A stretch of DNA of 64,000 nucleotides. Origin: Lama glama (Eukaryota). The notes below the pieces were generated by a model. The model did no database searches. It worked only from the letters and a program-made list of their open reading frames with translations, and was not told where the DNA came from. Positions 1 to 12,820 of the stretch are shown here, piece by piece (position 1 is the first letter of the stretch; each line of letters starts with the position of its first letter). Where the stretch lies: NCBI GenBank assembly GCA_028534125.1, contig CM052816.1, positions 22,632,001 to 22,696,000 of the forward strand, given 5' to 3'. The translations under genes were made by a program, and so were the position numbers.

Positions 1-331
1 CAATAACAAAGGGTGAGTACTGAACAGACACGAGGACAACAGACGGATGGTTGTCTCCGCCTCCCACCACCTCCTCTGGCCTACCTTTACCCAATACCAA
101 CAATTTCTGCTGGTGTAATAGAGAATCAAAGGAAAAATTTTCATCCTAAAGAAGGCATTTTTCACACACTATGGCTCCGCTCTCTCCTTGGCACCTTGCT
201 TTATAGACACTGCAAAATGTAGATTAGGTCAACTAGAAGTAAACTGTACTGTAATGTGCTTTTTGAAATTTTTTGGTTTGGCTACTTATTATGTCCTTCT
301 GTTTTATACAGTATTTGTCTGTGTTTTGCAG

Positions 332-426
332 ACATACATGACAGCCCAATGAGACGAATTTTGAAGACAAGGTTTGAGATGGAAAGGGAGGTTTCTAGGC
401 CTATGTCAATGGAAAATTCCAATAAG
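332..426 (+). CDS. Candidate internal exon of an unidentified gene, (D)IHDSPMRRILKTRFEMEREVSRPMSMENSNK
   Basis: Acceptor tttgtctgtgttttgcag ends at 331 and donor AAG|gttagt starts at 427. Only one of three frames is open (phase 1 in, phase 0 out). An upstream donor AGG|gtgagt at 13 would give a 319-nt intron. Protein not recognised; could be non-coding. Confidence 0.35.
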
Positions 427-1605
427 GTTAGTGATAAATCATTATAATCTTCTGAGTCATTTTGCTGCTTTACTGCAATAAGACACACAGACCAAAAAAT
501 ATACGTATGTCTTTATAATGAAAGCTACTTATCCATGGGTTTTAAATGAGCCAGTTGCTCTTTCATTCCATGTGGTCTGGGGCAAACAGCTTTTAACTGC
601 TGTAGTAGCTCCAGAAAAATTGAAAAACAACAGTTAACCATGAATTATAGACATTTAATAAGGAAAGATGGTGATTATTCTAAATGGCAACTGGAAACCC
701 AAAACAGAATAAAGCTTTCAGTAAAAAAGCTCAGGAAGTAACTTATCTAGTGAGAGAACTTATTTCCCAAAAAAGGAAAAGTTACACAGTGGAGGAGAAC
801 ATAAGACTAATATAGACTAATATGTAAAGTTGTAATAAAAATGTGAGGGCAAAGATGCAGTATGAAAAACTAAAAAGTTTCCACTCTCAAGCAGTACAAG
901 TCAACGACTTATTGACAACATGCCACGTGAGGCAAAAGGTGCTGAAATACTGCTTCTTTGTCTAGGTGGATGAGTCAAAATATTTCATCAATAAATTCAT
1001 GGCATGCTATTTATACGACTTGTATATGACGGTGAAATTCAAGAAAATTATCTGCTGCAAAAAGCTGCCCTGAGGGTGAAAAAAAATGCTCTAGAATTAG
1101 TGGTTACACATCCATATGAAAATACTGAAAATCACAGAATTGAAATGGTGGATTTTATGTTATTTATATCTTTATTTTTAAAAAGCTGCCCCAAACAAAG
1201 CAAAGCCCAAGATAAACAATAAAAAAAAATTTCAGATTCAAAATATGCCTTCCTCTATCCCTCACCCTGTACTCTCATAGAACTCTTTCTGTATTATGAT
1301 CCTTACCAAGGTTGTACTGTGTTATAGTTAGCTTGGTATTTCTCCAAGTAGATTTTAATGTGCTCAAGGATGTTTATATCTAAGACATATTTCTTCTGGC
1401 TGAGTATTAACCAGGAATATTACCAGTTTCTATTTTTGCCTGGGTCGCTTCATAATAGCCTCACCGTAGTTATTAAACCTCCAGGTAACAACAGTCTGGC
1501 CCCTCCCAATCTCTGTCCCATTAGAAGCATGAGGTTATGAGATATGCTTTTCTAACCAAGGTCAGCTCTTTGGCCAAAGAGATCACATAGTTCACTTTGA
1601 GGCAT

Positions 1606-2136
1606 TGTGATAGCTAATTTTATGTGTCAACTTGACTGGACCATGGGGTGCTCAAATATTTGGCTAAATGTATTATGGGTACATCTGTGGGGCTGTTTTT
1701 GGATGAGATTAACATCTGAATCAGTAGACCGAGTAAAGCACACTGCCCCTCTCAATGGGGGTGGACCTCATCCAATCCGCTGAAAGCCTGAACAGAATAA
1801 AAAGGCTGAGTAAGAAAGAGTTCTGTCTGTCTGTCTTTGAGCTGGAACACTGGTCCTGTCCTGGACTAGAACTTACAGTAGATACTCTCCTGGTTCTCAG
1901 GGGACTCACACTGGAAGGAAAACATGGGCTCTCCTGGGTCTCTAGCTTGCTTACTGCAGCTCTTGGTACTTCTCAGCCATAATAATCACATGAGCTAATT
2001 CCTTATAGTACATCTGTTTGTCTCTTTGTTTGTATCTATCTGTCTGTCTGTCTGTCTGTCTGTCTATCCATCCATCCATGCATCTATCCATGCATCCATT
2101 CATTTGACTATGTCTCAGGAACGCTTAAGTAACACA
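1606..2136 (+). mobile_element. MLT2-type (ERVL) solo LTR
   Basis: Starts TGTGATAGCTAATTTTATGTGTCAACTTGACTGG (MLT2 5' end), contains GTGGACCTCATCCAATCCGCTGAAAGCC and ends ...TAACACA. The 5-bp flanks GGCAT/GTCAT match 4/5 as a TSD. Confidence 0.9.
2033..2103. repeat. Compound (TCTG)n/(TCCA)n microsatellite inside the MLT2 LTR
   Basis: tctatctgtctgtctgtctg...tatccatccatccatgcatc read directly. Confidence 0.9.
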
Positions 2137-3654
2137 GTCATACAGGGACGTTGAATCAGTCTCTAGTATACTGATATATGTGTAGATCAAGTCAACTTGA
2201 CTGCCATGATGAGCAGAGGGTGAGTTAAGAGCCCAGATCAGGCTAGATCCTTGTTTTCATCCTCTTCTGGGTGTATCTAAATCTGGAGAATGTCCCTAAA
2301 CTGGTGCAACTCCTACAAACATTTTTATTTTTCCCAAGCCACTGATCTTCCTAAGCATATGTGTCACCACAGTTTGTTCCAGGGTTAACCAAATTAGTAA
2401 GACATAACACTTGGGCACCAAGTGCTTTCTGGTGGATTTATCATATATGAACAATCAAAAGTACAGTAACAACGGCTAAAGGCAAGTTTTTCTTTTAGAG
2501 AATGTTATTTGTCTTCCTCCATACTCTTACAGCCTTTATCTCCCAAAGGAAAGCTTAGCCCAACACCAAAATTAAACCTAAAGGCCAGACATGTCTGCTT
2601 TGTCCTAAATATCCCAACATGTACAGGGTTTTTCAAGAAAATTCTAATTTTGAAAAAGAGATAATATAACACAAAACCTGAGATTATAGACTATCTCAGA
2701 GCACTAGTAGAACAGCCTATCAATAAGAAGACATAGCCCAAAATGTTATCGGAGGGGGAAAAACAAAACACTTGGCAGGTAAATGTGGCTTTCTCACTTC
2801 CAAAATCCTGCTCTGAACTCTGACACTCATTCCACTCTTCACACCAGCAAGACGGTGGTCTTCCTCTTCTAGGATTGGGTCTGGGGAGAACCTCTAGGTC
2901 AGAAAGTCACAAACTTGCAGTTTTTAACCAATGCAATAACAGACTTTCAAAAGCATTTTTTCCCCCTTAGTTTCTATCTGCTTTTGGACATTTGTCAGTG
3001 CCTAAAACTGACTATCTTTAATAATATCGTCCTTTTTTTTTTTTAAATATTGCTTGTGGAAGGAACTGCCCCAGGTGTTTTTACCACCATTACTGGAATT
3101 CTCATTTCTATCTAAGTTTGTCATTCATTTGAAAGAAGGCACCTGTTAAATATGTCCCTTAATTCTCAACAATGACCACAGTATTAGTTACCTTCATCAG
3201 AAGCAGCAGTTAGCAGACAGAAGCAATGACGAGGGTAGAGGGAGACAGACTGAGAATTCTTACACAACGATGTCATCCTCACCAAAAATACGTAACTGCG
3301 TCAAGGCAGTCTGAGAAGCTAGAGAATTCACTAATAAGGTTCTTAAACTTCATCAACATCTATGAGCATCGTATCTGCTGCATTTTAAAAATAGTAATTT
3401 TTCTTTTTTCCATTAGACAACATAATTCTTAGGCAGAACTTGAGAATTCTAAAGGGCATTTCTTAAAATCTGAAAGAAGCGTTTTTGCTCTTTGAAAACC
3501 CTTCTGAAAATATGCTGCCTGAGCTGCCCCACTGAGGTGGCTTGCTCCCCATTCTCAGCGTAGTTGATAATGATAGAGGAACTGTTCTTGGATCATTTCA
3601 TCCAATTAGATTCAATGATGAAAACAAAAGGAAAAGAGAGAGAAAACACTGTGG

Positions 3655-3885
3655 ACCTTATATTCAAGCTGCCTGTGTTCAAAATTGGTAGCATCTTTTT
3701 TTAGCTGAATGACCTAATATAAATCACTCCTCAACTCTCAGCTTCTCCATTTATGACCTGGAGAAAAGGAATAGTGCCTCTCTCAAAGAATTCTGCTAAG
3801 GTTTAAGTGAAGTAATTTTTCGAATGCACTCAGCACACTGTCTCATGGCACAAAGTAATTACTCAACAGTCATTAGCTATAATTA
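3655..3885 (+). mobile_element. MIR SINE (diverged)
   Basis: Degenerate MIR core (aaatcactcctcaactctcagcttctccatttat) and tail (cagcacactg...actcaacagtcattagctat). Confidence 0.65.
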
Positions 3886-5069
3886 ATAAGGAATGGGAAA
3901 AAATAAAGGGAAAGTTACCAATACTCATCTATTGACCAAGGCAGAGAATCTGAAAAGACGAGAAAAAACTTGATTTGGAGCTACTGAGTGAGGGACCAGA
4001 AGAGAGAGGGCATCTGGTTCCTTTATGTAATTGCCTGCAGTCCCTCAACGCTACCTACCACACTGTTGAATCTCTTCTCTGATCACCAAGAACACTCACA
4101 GTATCTTCACAGTCCCAGTAGGGGTTCAGCATGTAGTTTGGGAAGCAATGACCTAGAAAATAAAATCAAAAGCATTGCAGCTTCAGTACTGGAAGCAATT
4201 CTCAAAGTCTGAAGTTTTACTTTTTGCCAATATCCTTTCCATATTAACACTGACAAAACCTTGGCATACTAATCTTTTATCAGGGTGTTTCTTACATGCT
4301 TGTTATGCTTTTACAATAAAATATGTCACTGTTTTCATAGGCTGCAACACCTTGGCTGAAGTGTTTTAAGAAACTGAACACGTATTTTTGCATGCAAATA
4401 TTTTAAGGGTATTTCCACAGCTCTCATTAAGAAGTTTTAATGAACTAAAAGGTTTGTATTTAATATTTCACATACATAGAAGAACAAAATAAAACAGTAA
4501 ACAAATGGCATATTCCATTTAAAAAATTAATTCACATGGTCAGAGTCCAATGTCTAATATTTGATAAGCAGAATAATTCAAAGAAAGAATATTTCATAAA
4601 GTAAGCTTCGAATTCTTTCTCCAAATAAATTTGCCACTTCTTCAATGCCTAGAGATTTTGCAGAGTGTAAACCAAACCAGAGACAAAAGATTATTTCTAG
4701 GATATTGAATGCCTTATGATAAAATTGTTAACCTAACTCTAATTTCTCAGAAGGGCACAAATAGATTCAGATCTATCATTTTAGTTTGGCATTATTCCAA
4801 ATCACCCTAAAAAACAGCAAAACCTTCAGAAAACACAAACAAATTAATATCAAGAGCCAAACATTACATGAATGAAAAAGGGGATGTATGCCTTCACAAT
4901 ATTGCCTGTGTCATATTACAAAAGATCCTAGCCAAACTGGAGTTTCTGTGTTATATATACATTCCTTCAATTACATTAAAGTAATTCAACTTTGTTATAA
5001 TCCTCAAAGCATTTCATATAAAATCAAATATAGAAGGCACATAGAGCTATAGACATTTCAAATTTATTA

Positions 5070-5260
5070 ATTAACATTTATATTAGACATTGTACATACT
5101 AGGCCATGATCTGAGTGTTCTTAAAATATTAACTCGTTTAATACTCCTAATAATTCTATAGGGTAGATATATTTTTATCATCCCCATATAGAGATGAAGA
5201 AACAGACACAAAGAAAAAGATGAGGCACAAAGAGGTTAATTAAAATTAATTCCAAATCAA
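5070..5260 (-). mobile_element. MIR SINE
   Basis: Antisense MIR core: tatcatccccatatagagatgaagaaacagacac...aggcacaaagaggttaa. Confidence 0.7.
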
Positions 5261-5362
5261 AAAACTAATTTATAGAAGAATTATGCAATAGAAATATGAA
5301 CATCATTCTCACTCTCAATATCCCCTTCCACTACCAACTGGGGCCTTAAGTGGGGCTTAATA

Positions 5363-6453
5363 GTTTTTTCTTTTTTTAACATTTTTTACTGAGTTATAAT
5401 CATTTTACAATGTTGTGTCAAATTCCAGTGTAGAGCACAGTTTTTCAGTATACATGAATATACATATATTCATTGTCACATTTTTTTTTCTCTGTGAGCT
5501 ACCATAAGATCTTGTATATATTTCCCTGTGCTATACAGTATAATCTTGTTTATCTGTTCTACATTTTGAAAGTCTGTCCCTTCCCAACCCCCACCCCCTT
5601 GGCAACCACAAGTTTGTATTCTATGTCTATGAGTCTGTTTCTGTTCTGTATCTATGTTTTGTTTTGTTTTGTTTAGATTCCACATATGAGCAATCTCATT
5701 TGCTATTTTTCTTTCTCTTTCTGGCTTACTTCACTTAGAATGACATTCTGCAGGAACATCCATGTTGCTGCAAATGGTGTTATGTTGTCAGTTTTTATGA
5801 CTGAGTAGTATTCCATTGTATAAATATACCACTTCTTCTTTATCCAGTCATCTGTTGATGTACATTTAGGCTGTTTCCATGTCTTGGCTATTGTAAATAG
5901 TGCTGCTATGAACATTGGGTACAGGTGTCATTTTGAAGTAGGGTTCCTTCTGGATATATGCCCAGGAGTGGGATGACTGGGTCCTATGGTAAGTCTATTC
6001 CTAGTCTTTTGAGGAATCTCCATACTATTTTCCACAGTGGCTGCACCAAACTGCATTCCCACCAGCAGTGTAGGAGAGTTCCCTGTTCTCCACAACCTCT
6101 CCAGCATTTGTCATTTGTGGATTTTTGAATGATGGCCATTTTAACTGGTGTGAGGTGATACCTCATTGTAGTTTTGATTGGCATTTCTCTGATAATAGGT
6201 GATACTGAACATTTTTTCATGTGCCTATTGATCATTTGTATTTCTTCCTTGGAAAATTGCTTGTTTAGGTCTTTGGCCCATTCTGGATTGGGTTTTTTTT
6301 TTTCTTATTAAGTTGTATGAGCTGCTTATATATTCTGGAGATCAAGACTTTGTTGGTTTTATTTGCAAAAATTTTCTCCCATTCTGTAGGTTGTCTTTTA
6401 GTTTTACTTATGGTTTCCTCTGCTGTGCAGAAGCTTGTAAGTTTAATTAGGTC
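5363..6453 (-). mobile_element. Young camelid-type L1, 5'-truncated (ORF2 C-terminus + 3'UTR + poly-A)
   Basis: ORFs [38 protein letters not shown] and MFIAALFTIAKTWKQPKC match the L1 ORF2 C-terminus. Poly-T at 5363. 15-bp TSD AAGTGGGGCTTAATA (5348-5362) / AAGTAGGGCTTAATA (6454-6468). Confidence 0.97.
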
Positions 6454-7444
6454 AAGTAGGGCTTAATATTTTAAACTCTCCTGAAGGAAAATGTGACTAA
6501 GTGATGAGTATCCTCTAGATAAAACCAGGTATCTTCATGTACTTATTTTTAACCCCAAGGCAGTGAATTTCCCAACTAGTACAAATTTTAAAGCCAATTA
6601 TTTTTTAAACACTGTTTTGGTACAGCTAAGCCCCTTCTTCCAAAAGCAGACCATGGCTTCAATTCTGTTCCCTTTTCACTCACCACCAGTAAATGTCTTG
6701 TCTTTCACTACTCTATAGAGCATCAGAAGTTCTTTCATGACTACAGAGGAAGAAATAAATCATTTAAACAAACCTAAAGTATATTTAAAGTAAAACTTCT
6801 TGTTAAAAGTTATAATGTAGAATGGCATGTGTTTTGTTCTCAGTTCATATCTAAGGCAAGTGTCCCTTTACCTTAATAAAAAGTTATCAAAGAGAAAAAT
6901 TAGGAAATTACTTTTTATAGCTTAAGAAGCAAATTTGGAATTGTCTCTTACGGTGACACTCATGTCAGGTTATGTCTATGTTCACAAAAAGCTGCAGAAT
7001 CAAATCCTTTGAGGGCAGTGATCAAGTCTGCTTTGCCCGCCACTGTGGCCACACTGTGTGACCAAAGCACATCATAATGCAAAAGACACATTTTGTGAGT
7101 GAATCGACAAACTACACATTCACATCTTCTGAAGTTTAAGCAATTTTGGTATAGGCTATATATCCAGTAGAGGGTCCTGGACATGTCTAAACTGAAAGGG
7201 AGAAAATACTCTTTGAAGAACATAGTTACAAATTTGAAGAGAAGTTCCGCACACAAGAGCCAAGGCTGGTGTGGGAAGCAGATTTTTACTGATGTGGTTG
7301 TGAATGTTCTTCTCTCAGTGGGTTCTGATGCCTCCACATTCCACTGAATCACAAGCACCCGATCTGATTTGATCAGTCTGTTTTTTAAAAAGCAGCTTCC
7401 AGTCTTTATGCCTAGCAAATAGAAAAGCTTAAAAATAGAATACA

Positions 7445-8130
7445 CTTGAAAACAAAACAGAAGACCTCCAATAGCCAAAAGATCTTGATAAAGAAGAACC
7501 AAGCTGAAGGTCTCACATTTCCTGATTTCAAAATATATTTGAAAGCCACAGTGCTCAAAACAGTGTAGTATTGGCATGAAGACAGACATACAGACTAACA
7601 GAATAGAACAGAGATTCTGAGTAATAGATTCTAATGAATGTAGTCAAATAATCTTCAAAAAGGGTGCCAAGGCTACTTAATGGGGAAATGACAGTCTTTC
7701 ATTTTATTTTTCTTATATTTTAACACCTTTATTGTGGTAAAATTCCTGTATGGTAAACTATACATATTTCAGATGTACCATCTGATGAATTCTGATAGAT
7801 GTACAGATGAATGAAACCACTACCACAACCAGGCAGTTACCATTTCCATCACTCCCCAAGAGGTGCAAATTTCAAATTCCCAATTTATCCCTTCTTACCC
7901 CCTTTACCTCCTGGTAACCATAAGTTCGTTCTCTATGTCTGTGAGTCTGTTGCTGTTTTGTAGATAAGTTCGTTTGTGGAAAGGATGGTCTTTTAAATAT
8001 AAGACCTAAAACTATAAAATTTCTAAAAAAAAAAACAGAGGGAAAAAGCTTCACGACACTGGATTTGACAATGATTTCTTATATATGACTCCAAAAGTAC
8101 AGGCAACACAAAGAAAAAGAAAACAAAAAT
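7445..8130 (+). mobile_element. Old L1 ORF2 fragment interrupted by an antisense insertion at 7700-7977
   Basis: L1 ORF2 3'-half motifs: aatagccaaaagatcttgataaagaagaaccaagctgaagg, cagtgtagtattggcat and aaatataagacctaaaactataaaa. Confidence 0.85.
7700..7977 (-). mobile_element. Short antisense L1 3'-end insertion of chimeric appearance
   Basis: T-rich tail at 7700 and TTTATT (AATAAA on the - strand). Flanks GGAAATGACAGTCTTT (7684-7699) / GGAAAGGATGGTCTTT (7978-7993) match 13/16. Confidence 0.75.
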
Positions 8131-11100
8131 GAAGAATTCATTTGAAGTCTAATGGGTTTATTAGAGTAGTAGACTGAATATGGCTGAGGAAGGAATCTCT
8201 GAGCTAGAAGATATGCCAATAGAATCCTCAAAAACTGAAAGAGAAAAAAACTGAAGAAAAAAAAAACCCTAGAATACCCAAGAACTGCAGGACAACCACA
8301 AAAGTGATAACATACATGCAATGGGAATATTGGAAGGAAACAAAATAAAGGAAAGAACAGAAGAAATATTTGAGACAATACTGACAGATTTTCCCCAAAT
8401 GAATGTCAGAAGCCAATCAACAGTCCCAGGAAGCTCAGAGAATACTAAGCAGGATAAATGCCAAAAACAACTATATGTTAGCATATCATTTTCAAATTAC
8501 ATAAAATCAAAGATAAAGAATAAAAAGTCTTAAAAGAAGCCAGAGGAAAAAACACCTTGCCTATAGGGGAATAAAGATACGAATTACATTTGACTTCTCC
8601 CCAGAAACCACACAAGCAAGAAGACAGTGGAGTGAAATATTTAGAGTGTTGAGAGAAAAAAATCACTAATCTAGACTTATACACTTTGTAAAATTATCCT
8701 TCAAAATGAAGGAGAAATAAAGACTTTCTACAACAAACAAACAAACAAATGGGAATTTGTTGCCAGGAGACCTGCCTTACAAAAAATGCTAAAAGAAGAT
8801 TTTTAGAGATAAGAGGAATAATAAACATAAGAAACTAAATCTACCTAGAGTAAGTAAGCATCAAACAAGTAGTAAGTGAAAGTAAAATGAAACCCTTTTT
8901 TTCTTATTATTAATTGATGTAACAGATAACACTTTGCTCAAAATAGTAATAGCAACAATATATTCAATTATGTATGCTTATGTATTGATCTTATGAATAC
9001 TTACATTTATATGCCTATGTATACTTACATGTAAGTTAAATTAATGACAGCAATGACACAAGGGACAGGACATAGGGATTAGGATTATTTTGTTACTTTA
9101 GGGTACTCACACTGCTCATGAAGTGGTACACTATAATCTGAAAGCAGATTTGAATTGGCTGTAAATGTATATTGCGAACTCTACAGCAAACATCTAGAAA
9201 GTAAAAAAAAAAAAGTGCAACTGAAATGTTAAAAAAGGAGAGAAAGTGGAATCATAAAATACTCAATTGAAACAACAAGTGGCAGAAATAGAGTGGAAGA
9301 CAAAAACGAAAACAAAGAACCAGGGAAAGAAAAAGACAACAGTAACAAATATGACAACTTGAAATCCAACTATATCAGTAATCACTCTGAATACCAATGA
9401 GAATAAATGCACCAATTAAAAAACAGATTTTCAGAGTAGATTAAAAAATAAGACCAGCTATATGTTGTACGCAAGAAACCCACTTTAAATATAAAGACCT
9501 ATATGGATTCAAAATAAAGAGAGAAAAATACCATGCTAAAACTAGTCAAAAGAAAGCAGAAGTAGCTATACTTCTATCTTTTTATCTATCAATTTCAGGC
9601 AGAGCAGACTACAAAGCAAGGAAAGTTATCAAGAATAAAGGGAATTTCATAAGGATAAAGGAGTCAAAGGGTTCAATTCTTCAAGAAGACATGATAATCC
9701 AAAACACTAGCAAGTCAAACACTACAGCACATTAAAACTTTCATACAGCACAACCAATTCAAATTCATCCCTGTAATACAAAGATGGTTCAATATACAAA
9801 ATAAATCAATGTAACATACCACATCAACAGAATCAAGACTAAAAAATCATGATTATCTAAACAGACTGAGACAGGGTGTTTCACAAAATTCAACCATCTT
9901 TCATGACAAAAATTCTCATGAAACTAGGAACACGAAGAAAATAACTCAACATAATAAAGGCTATATATTAAAAGCCCACAGCCAAAATCACTCATTGGTA
10001 AAAAAGTGAAAGTTTTCCTCTAAAATCAGGAACAAGGAAAGGATTCCTACTCCTGTCACTTCTATTAAACATAGTAGTGAAAGCCCTAGCTAGAACAATT
10101 AGACAAGAAAAAGAAATAAAAGTCTTTCAAATTGAAAAGGAAGAAGTACATTATTCCAGTTTTCAAATGACATGATTTTGTGTGTGGAAAACCCCAGACT
10201 TCTTAAAAACTTTCTGAACTAGTAAACAAACTCAATACAGTCACAGAATACAAAATCAGCATACAAAATTAGTTGCATTTCTAGACACTACAATAAATGA
10301 ACTACAACGACACTAAAAACAAACTATTTGAAAAGAAAACTGTAAAAAAAATCCACTTACAATAGCATCAAAAAGAATAAAATCTTAGGAATAAGCTTAA
10401 CTAAGGAGGTGAAAGATTTGTACGATGAAAAATAGAAAGCACCGATTAAAGAAATTAAATAAGACACAGGAAAATGGAAAGATACTTTCCATGTGTTCAT
10501 GGATTGGAAGACTTAATGTTATTAAAAGGTCCATACTACCCAAAGTAATCTATACTATTCAATGCAATTCTTACCAAAATACCAAAAAGTTTTTTTTTTC
10601 TAACAGAAATAGAAAAAAACATGTCTACAATTCACAGGGAACCACAAAAAGCCACAAAGAGCCAAATCAATCTTAAAAAGTAAGAACAAAGCTGGAGGAA
10701 TCACAGTTTCTGGTTGGAAAATATATTATAAGCTACAGTAATCAAAACACTATGGTACTGGCAAAAAAACAAAAAACAAAAAACAAACAAACAAAAAAAC
10801 AGACACACAGACCAATGGAATAAAATAGAACATAAACTCAGATACATGAGTACAGGAATATATGGTCAACTGATCTTTGACAAGGGTGGTAAGAATACAC
10901 GAAAGGGAAAGGATAATCTCTTCAACAAATGGTAATGGGAAAGCTGGATATCCACAAGTACGAGAAGGAAATTGGACCTTTATCTTACAGCAGACACAAA
11001 AATCAACATAAAATGGATTAAAAGCTTAAATTTAAGACCTGAAATTATAAAAACCCTAGAGATAAACACAGGCAAAAGCACAGAGGAAAAGCTTCATGAC

Positions 11101-12245
11101 AGTGGTCCTAGCAATGATTTCAGATATGACACCAAAAGCACCAGGAGCAAAACCAAAAATAAGCAAGTGTGAATATATCAAACTAAAAAGCTTCTGCACA
11201 GCAAAGGAAACAATCAGCAAAGTAAAAAGTTAACCTACAGAATGGGAGAAGATATCTGCATATATATCAGATAAGAGGTTAATCTCCACAATATGTAAGA
11301 AATTCCTACAACTCAATAAAAAAAACTAGTAACATGATTTTAAAATATGCTAAGGCCTTGAGTAGGCTTTTCTCCAAAGACATACAAATGGCCAACAAGC
11401 AGCTGAAAAGGTGCTCAGTATCATTAATCATCAAGGAAATGAAAATAAAAGTGAGACATTACCTTACACTTGCCAGGATAGCTACTACTGAAGGAAAAAG
11501 ACAAGTATTGACAAAAATGTGGAGAAACTGAAACCTTGCCTTCTGTTGGTGGAAATGCAAAATGGTACAGCTGCAATGGAAAACAGTAATAGAAGCTCCT
11601 CAAAAAATTAAAAATAGGACAATAACATGATCCAGTAATTCCAGTTCTGGGTATATATCCAAAGAATCAAAATCAGGATTGCGAGAGACTGTTGGCACTC
11701 CCACGTTTGCTGCAGCATTATACACAATAGTAAAGATGTGGAAACAACCTAAATGTCCACTGACAGATGGACAAAGAAAATGTGGTATATATACACAATG
11801 CAACACGATTCCACCTTTAAGAAAGAAGGAACTTCTGCAGTATGTGATAACATGGTTGGATCCTGAGGACATTACACTAAATGAAATAAAACAAAGAAAG
11901 AGAAATAGCGCATGATTCCATTTATATGAGGTATCTAAAATGGTCAAAGTCATAAAATCAAAGACTGGAATGGTGGCTGCCAGGGGACGGAGGAAGCAGG
12001 AAATGGGGAGTCAGACTGTCAATGGTCAATAGTCGATTATTCTTATCAGTCTACAAATGTGTAGTTTCAGTTAATGAAAATGAATAAGCACCAGAAATCT
12101 GCTGTTCCACACTGTACCTATAGTCAACAATAATGTATTATATACTTAAAACTGGTTAAGTTGATAGATCTCAGGTTAAGTGTTCTTATATATGTTCTTC
12201 TACAATACATTCTTATACAATGAATGTTCTTACACAATAAAAATT
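8130..12245 (+). mobile_element. Degraded L1M(A/B)-type block: ORF1, inter-ORF and EN start, then RT to 3' end (one deleted element or two joined elements)
   Basis: ORF1-like GILEGNKIKERTEEIFETILTDFPQM. ORF2 remnants CSWIGRLNVIKRSILPKVIY, MDLYLTADTKINIKWIKSLNLRPE and FAAALYTIVKMWKQPKCP. 3' end gatagatctcaggttaagtgttctt...acaataaaaa. Confidence 0.92.
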
Positions 12246-12539
12246 TTTATAAGTGAGAGAGAGAACTCATCATAACAATTGGATAACTGCCACCAAGAGT
12301 GAACCATCCACACTGCCTGTTGGAACTCCTAGCATTTGTAATTTAGCACATATAAATATAAAAGCATTTTTAACTTTGGGCATATAGAGTTTCACTAATA
12401 CTCATCTGTTCATGGCTTAGTATCATATTGATTCATGAAAGAATAATCTTTTTCTTTAACATATTTATTTCTCTTCTTCAATCCTTGCCACCACAGACAT
12501 ACTTTCATATGTATCTAATATATATAAACACATGGGTTC

Positions 12540-12820
12540 CTGTAAAATGTAAGTTGTTTTGTGGGTATGTATTTCTAATGTGCTCAAGTGGTATTATAGT
12601 ACTGTCATTAACTCTTACTTTTTTCATTTAGTATTAAGGTTTCACAATTCATTCATATTGCCACATACATATTTAGTCCATCGCTTCTAAGTACAACATT
12701 GGACTCCATGATATACAATTCTTCACATTTGACCTCCCCATCCCCAGAAATGAAACACTCAAATCATCTCATATTTCTTGTTATCACAAACAACACAGTG
12801 ATTGATATCCTCACAGGTTT
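12540..12820 (-). mobile_element. Ancient L1 (L1ME-like) 3' fragment
   Basis: Antisense L1 3' motif ttttttcatttagtattaaggtttcacaattcattcatattgccacat...tatcacaaacaacacagtgattgatatcct. Confidence 0.6.

Noticed and set aside
5703..6235. ORFs with clear L1 ORF2 similarity as an active retroelement
   Set aside because: The element is 5'-truncated (1.1 kb) and fragmented. No L1 in the window has intact ORF1 and ORF2.
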